Below, in pieces: positions 37,598 to 48,013 of a stretch of DNA of 64,000 nt (the stretch's first letter is position 1; every line of letters starts with the position of its first letter). Under the pieces are notes generated by a model that was given only the letters and a program-made list of their open reading frames with translations, was not told the DNA's origin and ran no database searches. The stretch is from an uncultured Desulfobacterales bacterium (lineage in GTDB: Bacteria; Desulfobacterota; Desulfobacteria; Desulfobacterales; CAJINA01). The DNA is taken from assembly GCA_964647585.1 (NCBI GenBank), contig CAZYGG010000008.1, positions 2,643-66,642 on the forward strand, in the 5' to 3' direction. A program made the translations under genes and the position numbers.

Positions 37598-40132
37598 ATG
37601 GAGCCTGTCTCCTATAAAACCAAGTTTGCCCTATTAGGCGCAGTGCTCGTTCCCTGCTTTGGCCAGATTGCCTTACATGGCACCGGTTATGAATATGACT
37701 TTCAGCGGTACCTGGTTCCCTTTTTTGTCGGTGCTATGGCCGGCGGCTTGATCGGCTTTATGAAAGATAAGTGGCTTCTATCAAATAAGGATCTGAACGC
37801 CACAAACGCCGCCCTGGAAAATAAGATCTACGAAAAAAATCAGGTGGAAAATGCGCTGCGGGAAAGCGAAACCACGCAACGTCTATTGATGGAAAATCTG
37901 CCTGCCGGTGCCATTGTTGTCGACCCGGTAACCCGCACTATTGAGAGCGCGAATGAAGCCGCCGCGGTGTTGTTCGGTGCTTCCCGGCATGAGATCATTG
38001 GGCATCGCTGCCACGCCTATATATGCCCTGCAGAAGAAGGGGCTTGTCCCATCTGTGATCTGGAACAGGAAGTAGACAATTCGGTACGGGAGATACTTTG
38101 CGCAGATGGTAGCCGGCGCCCAGTTCTTAAATCTGTTAAGCAGATACAAATACTCGGTCAAGAAAAACTACTGGAATGCTTTGTAGACATCACTGAACGT
38201 AAGCAGGTGGAAGAGGCGCTGCGGGAAAGTAAGGAATATCAGCAAAGCCTTTTCCGGGCAGCCCCAACGGGTATCGGGTTTGTTATCAATCGTGTTTTCC
38301 AGCAAGTTAACGAGCAGATTTGCGAAATGACGGGTTATTCTGAAGAGGAACTCGTTGGACAGAGTGCCAGGTTACTTTATCTAAATGACGAAGACTTCGA
38401 GTATGTGGGCCGGGAGACGTACAAGCAGATAAGCGAACATTGCACCGGAACTGTGGAGACACGCTGGAAACAAAAGGACGGCCGTACTATTGACGTTTTA
38501 CTCAGTTCTACCCCCATGGATCTCAACGACCTGTCAAAGGGAGTCACTTTCACTGCGCTTGATATCACCGAGCGCAAGCGGGCCGAAGAGGCCTTGCGTA
38601 CATTTCACGAAAAATTCCTCACCGTTTTGGACAGTATTGACGCTAACGTGTATGTGGCCGACATGGTTACCCACGAAGTACTATTTATGAATAAAAAGAT
38701 GGGTGAGGTTTTTGGCCGGGATATGGTTGGGAAATTGTGCTGGGAAGTTTTTAGAGGCGCGTCGGGCCCCTGCCGAGATTGCACCAATAATCAATTATTA
38801 GATGAAAAAGGAATGCCCGCAGAGGTTTGCACCTGGCATGGCAGAAATCCGATTACCGGGAAATGGTACATTAACCATGATCGCGCCATCGAGTGGGCAG
38901 ATGGGCGTCTGGTCAGACTCCAGGTAGCAACCGACATCACCGACCTCAAATTGATGGAACAACAGGTTCAGCAATCCCAAAAATTCGAGGCAATCGGAAC
39001 GCTTGCAGGCGGTATTGCCCACGATTTTAACAATCTATTAATGGGAATCCAGGGCAGGATTTCACTCTTAGCGGGAGAGCTCAAGTCACATTCGGCCCGG
39101 GAACATACCCACGCCATTGAGGACTACGTTCGCAGCGCAACTGACCTGACCAATCAGCTTTTAGGCTTGGCCCGGGGTGGAAAATACCAGGTCAAGCCCA
39201 TCGATTTAAATGCATTGATACGCAGCAGCGCAAACATGTTTGGGCGCACCAAAAAAGAAATCCGGATCTACACCGAAATAGATGACGCCCCTCTGTCCGT
39301 AGAGGTCGACCAGGGTCAGATCGAACAGGTTTTATTGAACTTGTATGTGAACGCCTGGCAGGCGATGCCGGAGGGCGGGGAGCTGCATTTAGCTACCCAG
39401 ATTGTAACGCTCGACGATTACTACGTTAAAGCATATAACGCAAAACCCGGGCGCTATGCAAAGGCATCCATAGCTGATACCGGGATCGGCATGGAGAAAA
39501 ATATACAACAGCAGGTTTTCGATCCTTTTTTCACGACCAAGGAAAAAGGTCGGGGGACTGGGTTGGGGTTGGCATCGGCCTATGGCATCATCAAGAATCA
39601 TGATGGCGTTATTACCGTAGACAGCAAAGTTGGACACGGAACCACATTCGCTATCTATCTGCCTTTGTCAGATAAAATGCCCCCCCAGGAAGTACCCGCA
39701 TATGAGGCCCTCATCAACGGTACGGAAAAACTTCTTCTGGTTGACGATGAAGCCATGATTCTCGAGGTCGCGCAGGCAATGCTGGAAAGATTAGGCTACC
39801 AGGTCTTAACCGCGGATAGTGGCCAGGAGGCATTAAATGTAATTCATAAAAGCGACGCTGAAATCGATCTGGTCATACTTGATCTCATTATGCCCGACCT
39901 TGATGGTGGCAAAGTGTTCGACCAGATTAAAGAAATTCACCCGGAAATACCGATCTTGCTTTCAAGCGGATATGCAATCAATGGCCAGGCTAATGCAATC
40001 ATGCAAAGAGGCTGCAACGGATTCATCCAGAAACCATTCAATATCGCAGCGCTTTCCCAAAAAGTTCGTGAAGTTCTGGATGGGGCCAAAAAACAGCTCA
40101 AAGACAGTGGGAACAAAAAGGATGACAGCTAA
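37598..40132 (+). CDS. Multi-PAS hybrid sensor histidine kinase with receiver domain
   Basis: Two N-terminal TM segments, three PAS domains, AHDFNN, NAWQAM, DTGIG, PFFTTK..GTGLGL, receiver VDDE..LDLIMP..KP. Confidence 0.93.
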   Translation: MEPVSYKTKFALLGAVLVPCFGQIALHGTGYEYDFQRYLVPFFVGAMAGGLIGFMKDKWLLSNKDLNATNAALENKIYEKNQVENALRESETTQRLLMENLPAGAIVVDPVTRTIESANEAAAVLFGASRHEIIGHRCHAYICPAEEGACPICDLEQEVDNSVREILCADGSRRPVLKSVKQIQILGQEKLLECFVDITERKQVEEALRESKEYQQSLFRAAPTGIGFVINRVFQQVNEQICEMTGYSEEELVGQSARLLYLNDEDFEYVGRETYKQISEHCTGTVETRWKQKDGRTIDVLLSSTPMDLNDLSKGVTFTALDITERKRAEEALRTFHEKFLTVLDSIDANVYVADMVTHEVLFMNKKMGEVFGRDMVGKLCWEVFRGASGPCRDCTNNQLLDEKGMPAEVCTWHGRNPITGKWYINHDRAIEWADGRLVRLQVATDITDLKLMEQQVQQSQKFEAIGTLAGGIAHDFNNLLMGIQGRISLLAGELKSHSAREHTHAIEDYVRSATDLTNQLLGLARGGKYQVKPIDLNALIRSSANMFGRTKKEIRIYTEIDDAPLSVEVDQGQIEQVLLNLYVNAWQAMPEGGELHLATQIVTLDDYYVKAYNAKPGRYAKASIADTGIGMEKNIQQQVFDPFFTTKEKGRGTGLGLASAYGIIKNHDGVITVDSKVGHGTTFAIYLPLSDKMPPQEVPAYEALINGTEKLLLVDDEAMILEVAQAMLERLGYQVLTADSGQEALNVIHKSDAEIDLVILDLIMPDLDGGKVFDQIKEIHPEIPILLSSGYAINGQANAIMQRGCNGFIQKPFNIAALSQKVREVLDGAKKQLKDSGNKKDDS

Positions 40133-40180
40133 TGACTGTCCAGTGAAACCACGCTGAACCCGGGTCTGGAAGATAAACCC

Positions 40181-40304
40181 CTGCAGCCCTTTGATCCGGG
40201 CGGCAACTACCTGCTCATTTTCAATCTCGGCGACGGTACCGGCATACTCGCAAGGGATTCTGGCGTCTCACCGGCAAAACGGCCTTTAAAATCAAGGATT
40301 ACAT
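40181..40304 (+). pseudogene. Direct repeat copy 2: frameshifted fragment of the oxidoreductase 3' end
   Basis: See 37390-37514; ends immediately before the cydD TTG. Confidence 0.85.
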
Positions 40305-42101
40305 TTGAAAGAATCATACGATCAAAGCACTGATGCGAAGACCGGGCTGCGCTGGCTGTTTAAACAACTAATGCCGGTAAAGGGTTGGATCGGGCTGTCC
40401 GTCGGGCTGGGTCTGGGCAGCGGTCTGCTGCTCATTGTACAGGCCGGATTTTTAGCACGCATTATCCACGGAGCGGTGGTCGACGGGAAGAGTCGGGAAA
40501 CACTCTGGCCATTTTTTGCGGCGCTTGTCGGCATTTACCTGGTCAGAGCGCTCCTCGCCTGGGGCCGTGAAGTCTCAGGCTTCGAGGCCAGTGCAAAAAT
40601 ACGACGGCAAGTCCGTTCAACCCTGATGGCCCATATCACCCGGCTCGGTCCGGCCTATGTGACCGGCCGGAATACCGGAGCCCTGGCCAGCACCGTTATG
40701 GAACAGGTGGAAGGGCTGCACGGTTTTTTTGCCCACTACCTCCCGCAAATGGCCCTGGCCATCATGATCCCCGCCGCCATTTTGACCTTTGTCTTTCCGG
40801 TCAGCTGGGCAGCCGGCGGTCTTCTCATGGTCACCGCCCCGTTGATTCCGTTTTTCATGGTACTGGTCGGCATGGGGGCGGAAAGTGTCAGTCAACGCAA
40901 CTTTCAGGCACTGTCACGCATGAGTGCTCACTTTCTGGATACACTGCAGGGCCTGCCTACCTTAAAATTGTTCTACAAAAGCCGTGATGCAGAAAAGACC
41001 GTTGCCCGGGTGTCACGCGACTATCGAAAACGGACCATGCGCGTGCTGCGTATCGCCTTTTTCTCTTCGGCGGTCCTGGAGTTTTTCAGCGCAATCGCCA
41101 TCGCCCTGGTCGCGGTATATCTCGGGATGACCTATCTGGGTTACTATCACTTCGGCACCTGGGGACAGACCCTGACCCTCTCCGGGGGAATTTTCATCCT
41201 GCTGCTGGCCCCTGAATTCTATCTGCCCCTCAGGGAGCTGGGCACCCATTACCACGCGCGGGCCGAGGCCGTCGGAGCCGCCCAGGAAATCCTCAAGGTA
41301 TTGGCTGTGCCGGTGCCGGGCGGCCCCGACAAACCGGTGGTTTTCGAACCATCCGACGCTGTCGCGCTCTGTTTCAAAGATGTACACCTGGCATATGACG
41401 GGGGCCGGCGGCCGGCGTTGAACGGCATCAGCTTCACAATGAACGCCGGAGAGAAACTCGCCCTGGTTGGCGAGAGCGGTGCCGGAAAGACAACCGTGCT
41501 CGATCTGCTGCTCGGGTTTCTCCAGCCAGACCAGGGACAGATAACGGCCAACGGGATATCCGCAGACCGCCTGGACCCGGCCAGCCGGCGCCAATCCATG
41601 TCCTGGATCGGTCAGGATCCCACCCTTTTTTACGGAAGCATCCGGGACAACATCCGCATGGGGCGGCCGGATGCCTCGGAGGGTGCCGTGGTTGACGCTG
41701 CCCGGTTGGCGCGAGTGCTGGATTTCACCCAGGCCCTTTCCCAGGGCCTGGATACGGTGATCGGGGAGCGTGGGTACGGCCTGTCCCGGGGGCAAGCCCA
41801 GCGCATCGCACTGGCACGGGCCTTTTTAAAACGGGCACCGGTCCTGCTGCTGGACGAACCCACCGCCGGCCTGGACGTGGAAAATGAACATCTGGTTCTG
41901 GGGGCTTTGGAAAAATTGTCTGCCAGCCGAACCGTGCTGACCGTGACCCACCGCATGGCGGATGTGGAAAAGGCTGATCGGATTCTGGTCATGTCCAGGG
42001 GCCGGATTGTGGAACAGGGCACCTTTGCCGGATTGAGCGCGGCCGGTGGCGTGTTCTACCGGTTGGCGAACCAGCTAAATGAGGAGGAGGGGCATGGCTA
42101 G
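40305..42101 (+). CDS. cydD: Thiol reductant/heme ABC exporter CydD
   Basis: LLAPEFYLPLRELGTHYHA, GESGAGKT, LSRGQAQR, LLDEPT. Confidence 0.93.
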   Translation: MKESYDQSTDAKTGLRWLFKQLMPVKGWIGLSVGLGLGSGLLLIVQAGFLARIIHGAVVDGKSRETLWPFFAALVGIYLVRALLAWGREVSGFEASAKIRRQVRSTLMAHITRLGPAYVTGRNTGALASTVMEQVEGLHGFFAHYLPQMALAIMIPAAILTFVFPVSWAAGGLLMVTAPLIPFFMVLVGMGAESVSQRNFQALSRMSAHFLDTLQGLPTLKLFYKSRDAEKTVARVSRDYRKRTMRVLRIAFFSSAVLEFFSAIAIALVAVYLGMTYLGYYHFGTWGQTLTLSGGIFILLLAPEFYLPLRELGTHYHARAEAVGAAQEILKVLAVPVPGGPDKPVVFEPSDAVALCFKDVHLAYDGGRRPALNGISFTMNAGEKLALVGESGAGKTTVLDLLLGFLQPDQGQITANGISADRLDPASRRQSMSWIGQDPTLFYGSIRDNIRMGRPDASEGAVVDAARLARVLDFTQALSQGLDTVIGERGYGLSRGQAQRIALARAFLKRAPVLLLDEPTAGLDVENEHLVLGALEKLSASRTVLTVTHRMADVEKADRILVMSRGRIVEQGTFAGLSAAGGVFYRLANQLNEEEGHG

Positions 42102-43890
42102 CCGCTACCAGGAGCTCGGCCCGTTTATCCGCCTGTTAAAATCCCACCGGAAAAGGATGCTGGTGGGCATCCTTCTAGGACTGGTAGCCGTTGGTTCTGC
42201 CGTGGGCCTGTTGTCATTGGCGGGCTGGTTCCTGACTGCTGCAGCTATTGCGTCACTATCCGCTGCCGGCACCTGGCAGTTCAATTTCTTTTTGCCGAGT
42301 ATCGGAGTCCGCCTGTTTGCCTTTGGTCGCACCCTGGCACGCTATGGCGAACGGGTCGTCAACCACGATACGACTTTCAGAATACTTGAAAACCTCCGGG
42401 TGTGGTTCTACCGTCATATCGAACCACTGGCGCCGGCCTGCCTGTCTAGATATCGCAGCGGCGACATTCTCAACCGGCTCGTAGAAGACATCGACACCCT
42501 GGACAACCTTTATGTACGCGTCCTGTCTCCTTCGGCCGCCTTCCTGGCTGTGTCTGTGCTGCTTTGCGGGCTTCTATGGCTGTTCGATCCGGCCATCGCG
42601 GTTGTCGCCCTGGCGTTTCTGGCGGTTGCCGGCGGTATGGTTCCGTATGCCGCCGCATGGCTCGGTGCGGAAACCGGTCGCAGACTTGGTCGCCAGAGCG
42701 CCGGGCTGCGGGTGCGCATCGTGGAGGGACTGCAGGGGCTGCCGGAACTGCTGGTGTACGGGGCGCAGGTGCGCCACCTGGAAGCGATCCGCCAGGATGC
42801 CGATGAGCTCATGGCCGCCCAGCGCCGCATGAGCCACATCACAGGATTCACCAGTACGCTGATTACCCTCCTATCCGGGCTTGCCGTCACTTTCACGCTG
42901 TATCTCGGCGTGGACCGCATCGATATGGCCGCCGAGTATGGCGGGGCTGTGCTCACCCTCGTGGCCCTGGCTGTCATGGCTTCGTATGAGGCCGTCTGGC
43001 CGCTGCCCACAGCCTTTCAATTTTTGGGTAGAACCCGTGAGGCCGGCCGCCGTCTGGTGGAAATCGTAGCGGCGGAGCCGGCTGTACGCTACCCGGGGAA
43101 GTCCGGATCCGTTCCGAAGCAATCCGGTTTAACATTCGAAAATGTCAGCTTTCGCTATGCTGAAAAAGCCCCCCTTGTCCTGGATAGCCTGAATTTTCAG
43201 GCGGAGGCAGGGCGCCGGGTAGCCGTATTGGGGACAACGGGTTCAGGTAAAACCACGCTCGTGAATCTGCTGGTAAGGTTCTGGGAACCAACTGCGGGCC
43301 GCATCTGCATCGACGGTGTGGATATACGGTCACTGGGTGAAGCGGACCTGCGCCGGAGTATTTCCGTGGTGTCCCAGCAAGCTCACATTTTCAGCACCAG
43401 CCTGCGGAACAACCTGCGCATGGCCCGCGCCGATGCCACGGATGCCGACCTGAGAGAAGCACTGGCGGCGGCCCAACTGCTGTCGTTCGTCGACAGCCTG
43501 CCGGACGGCCTGGACACCTGGGTCGGAGAGGCGGGTAAGTTGCTTTCCGGCGGGCAGGCCCGGCGGCTGGCCGTGGCCCGGGCCTTTGTTCACGATGCGC
43601 CGATCTGGGTCTTGGATGAACCTACCGAAGGGCTGGACCGGGTGACGGAAAGGCGGCTGATGCAGGCCATAATGGAACGGACAGTGGGGAAAACCGTGGT
43701 GCTGATCACCCATCGAATGGTCGACATTCACCGCATGGACGAATCCATCCTGATCGAAAACGGCCGCATCGCCGCCCGGGGACGCCACGCCGCCCTTCTG
43801 CCACACAACCCGAGATACCGACGCTTCTGGGGGTACCCTCCGACAGAATCCCCACCTGCCGGTAAGAATGATCAAACGCTCTCCAGCTAA
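42094..43890 (+). CDS. cydC: Thiol reductant/heme ABC exporter CydC
   Basis: RTLARYGERVVNHD, GTTGSGKT, LSGGQARR; ATG 42094 with GGAGG RBS. Confidence 0.93.
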   Translation: MASRYQELGPFIRLLKSHRKRMLVGILLGLVAVGSAVGLLSLAGWFLTAAAIASLSAAGTWQFNFFLPSIGVRLFAFGRTLARYGERVVNHDTTFRILENLRVWFYRHIEPLAPACLSRYRSGDILNRLVEDIDTLDNLYVRVLSPSAAFLAVSVLLCGLLWLFDPAIAVVALAFLAVAGGMVPYAAAWLGAETGRRLGRQSAGLRVRIVEGLQGLPELLVYGAQVRHLEAIRQDADELMAAQRRMSHITGFTSTLITLLSGLAVTFTLYLGVDRIDMAAEYGGAVLTLVALAVMASYEAVWPLPTAFQFLGRTREAGRRLVEIVAAEPAVRYPGKSGSVPKQSGLTFENVSFRYAEKAPLVLDSLNFQAEAGRRVAVLGTTGSGKTTLVNLLVRFWEPTAGRICIDGVDIRSLGEADLRRSISVVSQQAHIFSTSLRNNLRMARADATDADLREALAAAQLLSFVDSLPDGLDTWVGEAGKLLSGGQARRLAVARAFVHDAPIWVLDEPTEGLDRVTERRLMQAIMERTVGKTVVLITHRMVDIHRMDESILIENGRIAARGRHAALLPHNPRYRRFWGYPPTESPPAGKNDQTLSS

Positions 43891-43945
43891 GCGTAAACCC
43901 GCAAAACAGCGAAAAAAAATTCTTGACAGATTGGCGGCCAAATTA

Positions 43946-43970
43946 TATTGGACTAAAAGTATCCTATTTA
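43946..43970. promoter_or_regulatory. Possible Rrf2 autoregulatory site downstream of TTGACA (43923)
   Basis: Imperfect palindrome TATTGGACTAAAAGTATCCTATTTA. Confidence 0.35.
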
Positions 43971-44116
43971 TCTTGTATATTATGTTTGATTAGAGTGTTT
44001 TCATAATTTCGTGGCCCGACTGATCGGGCTTTGTTTCGATACATTACCTGTAGATTGAGTGAAAAGATGGGCATCCGGGGTGTTGTGAATTTGTCGTATA
44101 AATATGTGGGATATAC

Positions 44117-44554
44117 ATGCGTCTAACAAGAGCCGGTGAATATGCGGTGCGCTGCGCACTCTACCTCTCCTATCAGGGCGAAGGTGTGACCACGAGCCGC
44201 AGAGAAATCGCCCGGGTCATGGACATCCCGAATCAATTCCTGAGCAAAATTGCCCCGCAGCTGGCCAAAGCGCAAATTATCGAAATCATTCAGGGGGCCA
44301 AGGGCGGCTACCGGCTGATCATATCCCCGGACAAGCTGACCATGCTGGACGTGGTGGAAGCTGTTATCGGCGAGATTTTTCTGAACGACTGCGTCCTGCG
44401 GCCCGAATCGTGTCAACGCGCCCCAGCTTGCTCGGCCCACCAGGTCTGGGACAAAGCTCGGAATCAGCTCCGAAACACTCTCAGGCAGACCAGTTTCAAG
44501 CAAATGCTCGAAGATGAGAGCTGCGGCCAGGATCAACTGAAAACGCCGCGATAA
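44117..44554 (+). CDS. Rrf2-family transcriptional regulator
   Basis: EYAVR, QGAKGGYRL, C-X5-C-X5-C-X2-H putative Fe-S ligands. Confidence 0.92.
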   Translation: MRLTRAGEYAVRCALYLSYQGEGVTTSRREIARVMDIPNQFLSKIAPQLAKAQIIEIIQGAKGGYRLIISPDKLTMLDVVEAVIGEIFLNDCVLRPESCQRAPACSAHQVWDKARNQLRNTLRQTSFKQMLEDESCGQDQLKTPR

Positions 44555-44651
44555 CGACCGGCGCTGTATAAATTCCGAAACAGGAAAAAATTTTTATTGT
44601 ATATCGTTCCGCAAAACGAACGGAATAAATTATCGTCAAGGAGGGAAGTTT

Positions 44652-46016
44652 ATGGATGCGCTACTTTTATCGAGAATCCAGTTTGCGACCACAACTATGT
44701 TCCATTTCCTGTTTGTCCCTTTGACCCTGGGACTCTCGTTTATAATGGCATACATGGAGACCAAATATGTCAAAACAGGGGACGAGATGTACCTGAAGAT
44801 GACCAAATTCTGGGGCAAACTGTTTCTCATAAATTTTGCCGTGGGGGTGGTCACCGGCATCACCCTCGAGTTTCAGTTTGGAACCAACTGGTCTCTCTAC
44901 TCCGCCTATGTAGGGGATATTTTTGGTTCCCTGCTGGCAATTGAGGCAACCGCCACATTTTTCCTGGAATCCACCATGATCGGTGTCTGGATTTTCGGGT
45001 GGAAAAAGCTGTCGAAAAAGGCGCACGCCGCAGTGATGTGGCTGGTGTTTTTGGGCTCCAACCTTTCGGCCGTATGGATATTGATCGTCAACGCCTGGAT
45101 GCAGAGTCCCGTCGGCTTTACCATGCGCGACGGCAGAGCGGAGCTCGTCGATTTTGGTGCCGTCATCACCCAAAAATTTGCCATTGTTAAGTTCATCCAC
45201 ACAGCCAGCTCCGCTTACACCCTGGCGGCTTTCTTCGTCATGGGTATCAGCGCCTACCATCTGCTCAAGAAAAAGAATGTCGAATTCTTTACCCGTTCGT
45301 TTCGCATCGGACTGGGTTTCGCCCTCATCTTTTCTTTGACAGTTTTCATCATGGGGGACTTGAACGGCGTGGTGGTCGGTGAAAAACAACCGACCAAACT
45401 GGCAGCCATGGAGTCTCTCTGGGAAACCCAGAGAAAAGCGCCGGTTTACATGTTTGCATGGCCGGACCCGGAAAACGAGCGCAATGCCGTTGAAATCGGG
45501 GCCATTCCCGGTCTGCTCAGCTTTCTGATCTTTCACGACATCAATGCAGAGGTCCGCGGTCTCAATGACTTCCCCAAAGATGAACGCCCGCCAGTCCTGC
45601 TGACATCCTTTGCCTTCAAGGGCATGGTGGGCATCGGGGTAATTTTAATCCTGCTGCCCATAATCGGCTGGATTAAACGGAAAAAACTGCTTGAAAACCC
45701 ACTGTATCTGAAGATCATGATGTTTGCCATCCCATTGCCCTATCTTGCGATCCAGCTGGGTTGGATCGTGACTGAATTCGGCCGCCAGCCCTGGATCGTC
45801 TACGGCCTGATGAAGACTTCGCAGGGGGTTTCGCCCGTGCCCCCCCACCAGGTGTTTATTTCCCTGGGCGGTTTTATTCTGGTATACAGCATCCTGGGTC
45901 TGGCAGGGTTTTCCCTTATTACCAAATATGCCAAGCAGGGACCGGATCCCGATAGCGAAGATGCGGCGGATGATGCCATCGCCGGCGATGGAGACGCGCA
46001 ACCGGCAGTGTCCTGA
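44652..46016 (+). CDS. cydA: Cytochrome bd quinol oxidase subunit I
   Basis: FHFLFVPLT, EFQFGTNW, QPTKLAAME, EFGRQPW. Confidence 0.96.
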   Translation: MDALLLSRIQFATTTMFHFLFVPLTLGLSFIMAYMETKYVKTGDEMYLKMTKFWGKLFLINFAVGVVTGITLEFQFGTNWSLYSAYVGDIFGSLLAIEATATFFLESTMIGVWIFGWKKLSKKAHAAVMWLVFLGSNLSAVWILIVNAWMQSPVGFTMRDGRAELVDFGAVITQKFAIVKFIHTASSAYTLAAFFVMGISAYHLLKKKNVEFFTRSFRIGLGFALIFSLTVFIMGDLNGVVVGEKQPTKLAAMESLWETQRKAPVYMFAWPDPENERNAVEIGAIPGLLSFLIFHDINAEVRGLNDFPKDERPPVLLTSFAFKGMVGIGVILILLPIIGWIKRKKLLENPLYLKIMMFAIPLPYLAIQLGWIVTEFGRQPWIVYGLMKTSQGVSPVPPHQVFISLGGFILVYSILGLAGFSLITKYAKQGPDPDSEDAADDAIAGDGDAQPAVS

Positions 46017-46089
46017 ACCGATACCAGCGACCAGCTAAAGCGTAAGCTAACAACAATAATGATAACTATGAGAATAGTAGGAGAATAAA

Positions 46090-47106
46090 ATGGCTTTACA
46101 AACAACATGGTTCTTTCTTTGGGGACTCATTTGGGCGCTCTTTTTCATGACCGGCGGTTACGACCTCGGTATCGGCAGTCTTTACCCGTTCCTTGGCAAA
46201 ACCGAGCAGGACAAACGGATGATGATCAATGCCAAAGGCCCCCTGTGGGACGGTAATCAGGTGTGGCTGCTCACAGCGGGCGGGGTGACATTTGCCGCCT
46301 TCCCGCTAGTATACGCCACCATGTTTTCAACCCTGTATGCCGCCTTGATGTTGATCCTTTTCGCACTGATCATTCGGGGGGTTTCCTTTGAATTTCGCCA
46401 TCAACTCGATGATCCCCGCTGGACCAAGGTCTGGGACACCTGTATTTTCATCGGCAGTATCGCGCCGGCCATTCTTTTCGGTGTGGCGTTCGCCAATATT
46501 TTTCAAGGCATCCCCTTCGACGGAAAGGGTATTTACCAGGGTACGCTGTTTACACTTTTGAATCCTTACGGCCTGCTGGGCGGCGTACTGTTTCTGCTGC
46601 TGTTCATGCAGCACGGCGCATTGTGGCTGGCCATCAGAACCACCGGCGATCTTCAAAAGCGGGCCGTAGGCACTGCCAAGATCCTGTGGCCGGTGCTGCT
46701 GGTGGTTGCCGTGATTTTCCTGATAGCCAGCTGGTTTGCCACCAACCTGTATGAAAACTATCTGGCCCACCCGGCATTTTTCCTGGTCATTGTTCTGGCG
46801 GTAGCCGGGCTCCTCCTGGCCAGGCTGTTTGTGGCCAAGCAGGCCTATTTCAAAGCCTGGTTCGCCTCGGCCCTGACCATCATCGGCTGCACATTTTTCG
46901 GCGTGGTCGGGTTGTTCCCGAGCCTGTTTCCATCGAGCATCAACCCGCGGTTCAATTTGACCGCGTTCAATGCCTCGTCCAGCCCGCTGACGCTGAAGAT
47001 CATGTTGACGGTGGTTGTTATATTCGTACCCATCGTGCTTGCATATCAGATCTGGGCTTACAATCTGTTTAAAACCAAGGTGGAAAAAGAAGACCTGGTC
47101 TACTAA
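46090..47106 (+). CDS. cydB: Cytochrome bd quinol oxidase subunit II
   Basis: GYDLGIG, GPLWDGNQVW, RGVSFEFR. Confidence 0.96.
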   Translation: MALQTTWFFLWGLIWALFFMTGGYDLGIGSLYPFLGKTEQDKRMMINAKGPLWDGNQVWLLTAGGVTFAAFPLVYATMFSTLYAALMLILFALIIRGVSFEFRHQLDDPRWTKVWDTCIFIGSIAPAILFGVAFANIFQGIPFDGKGIYQGTLFTLLNPYGLLGGVLFLLLFMQHGALWLAIRTTGDLQKRAVGTAKILWPVLLVVAVIFLIASWFATNLYENYLAHPAFFLVIVLAVAGLLLARLFVAKQAYFKAWFASALTIIGCTFFGVVGLFPSLFPSSINPRFNLTAFNASSSPLTLKIMLTVVVIFVPIVLAYQIWAYNLFKTKVEKEDLVY

Positions 47107-47120
47107 CATTAAAATATCAA

Positions 47121-47159
47121 AAAGGGGTGAAATCCAGTGCGGGTTTCACCCTTTTCTTT
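47121..47159 (+). terminator. Intrinsic terminator after cydB
   Basis: GGGTGAAATCC / GGGTTTCACCC hairpin followed by T tract. Confidence 0.65.
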
Positions 47160-47328
47160 GCCCCAAATATCCTTGCCCCACCTGATGCCACGACCACTAT
47201 TCCTCGGTTTCCAGGATCTATTGAAAACTGCACAATATTGCGCGGCAATAAACGACTGCTCAATCGCAGGGATGTACCGAATTTGCAGCGAGACATTTTT
47301 TGGGTTTGATTGACTATAAAAACTCGCT

Positions 47329-47967
47329 TTACGCAAGTACATATTTTCTTAACTTATCCACCGTTATCCTGCGCATCAACCGTCCGGTTCTTTCCAGCTT
47401 TCTGGCATTCTCCCGGTAGAATTCCAGGCATCTTGCGGCCAGGGAGATCACTTCATCATCGCCAAGGCCGTCACCCATGACGTCACCTATACGGGGCACG
47501 CCGCCGCCGTTGCCGCCGAAAACCAGGGTCCAGCCCTTTTTCATTCCAAATATGCCGATGTCACGGATATAGCCTTCGCAGCAGTTCATGGCGCAACCGG
47601 AAATGCCTACCTTTGTTTTGGCGGGCAGAGGGATGTTAAATAATGCCTTTTCCACCTTCCGGCCCAAGGCAAAAGGGTCCTTTCTGCCGTATTTACACCA
47701 TTTCACTCCCGGACAGGCCTGGATGTAATGTATGCCCACCGGTTTTTGCGGGCCCCCTATCTGCCCCATCTCCCGCCAGACTTTTTCGGCAACCTCCGGC
47801 GAATGTCCGCCGATGGCAATTCGTTGTGCCCCGGTCAGTTTTAGAAATGGGATGTCATGTTTTCTGATAATTGCCGCAACCTGTTCCAGGTAACCAGGGG
47901 TAACTAAACCCATTGGCGGGCCGGGGAGGACATCGTAATTCTTGTTCTTGCGATCGTTTTTTTTCAT
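47329..47967 (-). CDS. Nitrite/sulfite reductase 4Fe-4S domain protein
   Basis: KLTGAQRI, ACPGVKWC, KTKVGISGCAMNC, DIGIFG. Confidence 0.8.
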   Translation of the reverse strand: MKKNDRKNKNYDVLPGPPMGLVTPGYLEQVAAIIRKHDIPFLKLTGAQRIAIGGHSPEVAEKVWREMGQIGGPQKPVGIHYIQACPGVKWCKYGRKDPFALGRKVEKALFNIPLPAKTKVGISGCAMNCCEGYIRDIGIFGMKKGWTLVFGGNGGGVPRIGDVMGDGLGDDEVISLAARCLEFYRENARKLERTGRLMRRITVDKLRKYVLA

Positions 47968-48013
47968 TGCTAAGCTTTCGAAAAGGTTTTCAGTTTAATC
48001 TGATTGTAGCCGC

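Noticed and set aside
46055-46073. Fur-box-like AATAATGATAACTATGAGA between cydA and cydB
   Set aside because: Only about 13/19 match, in low-complexity sequence, with no evident promoter
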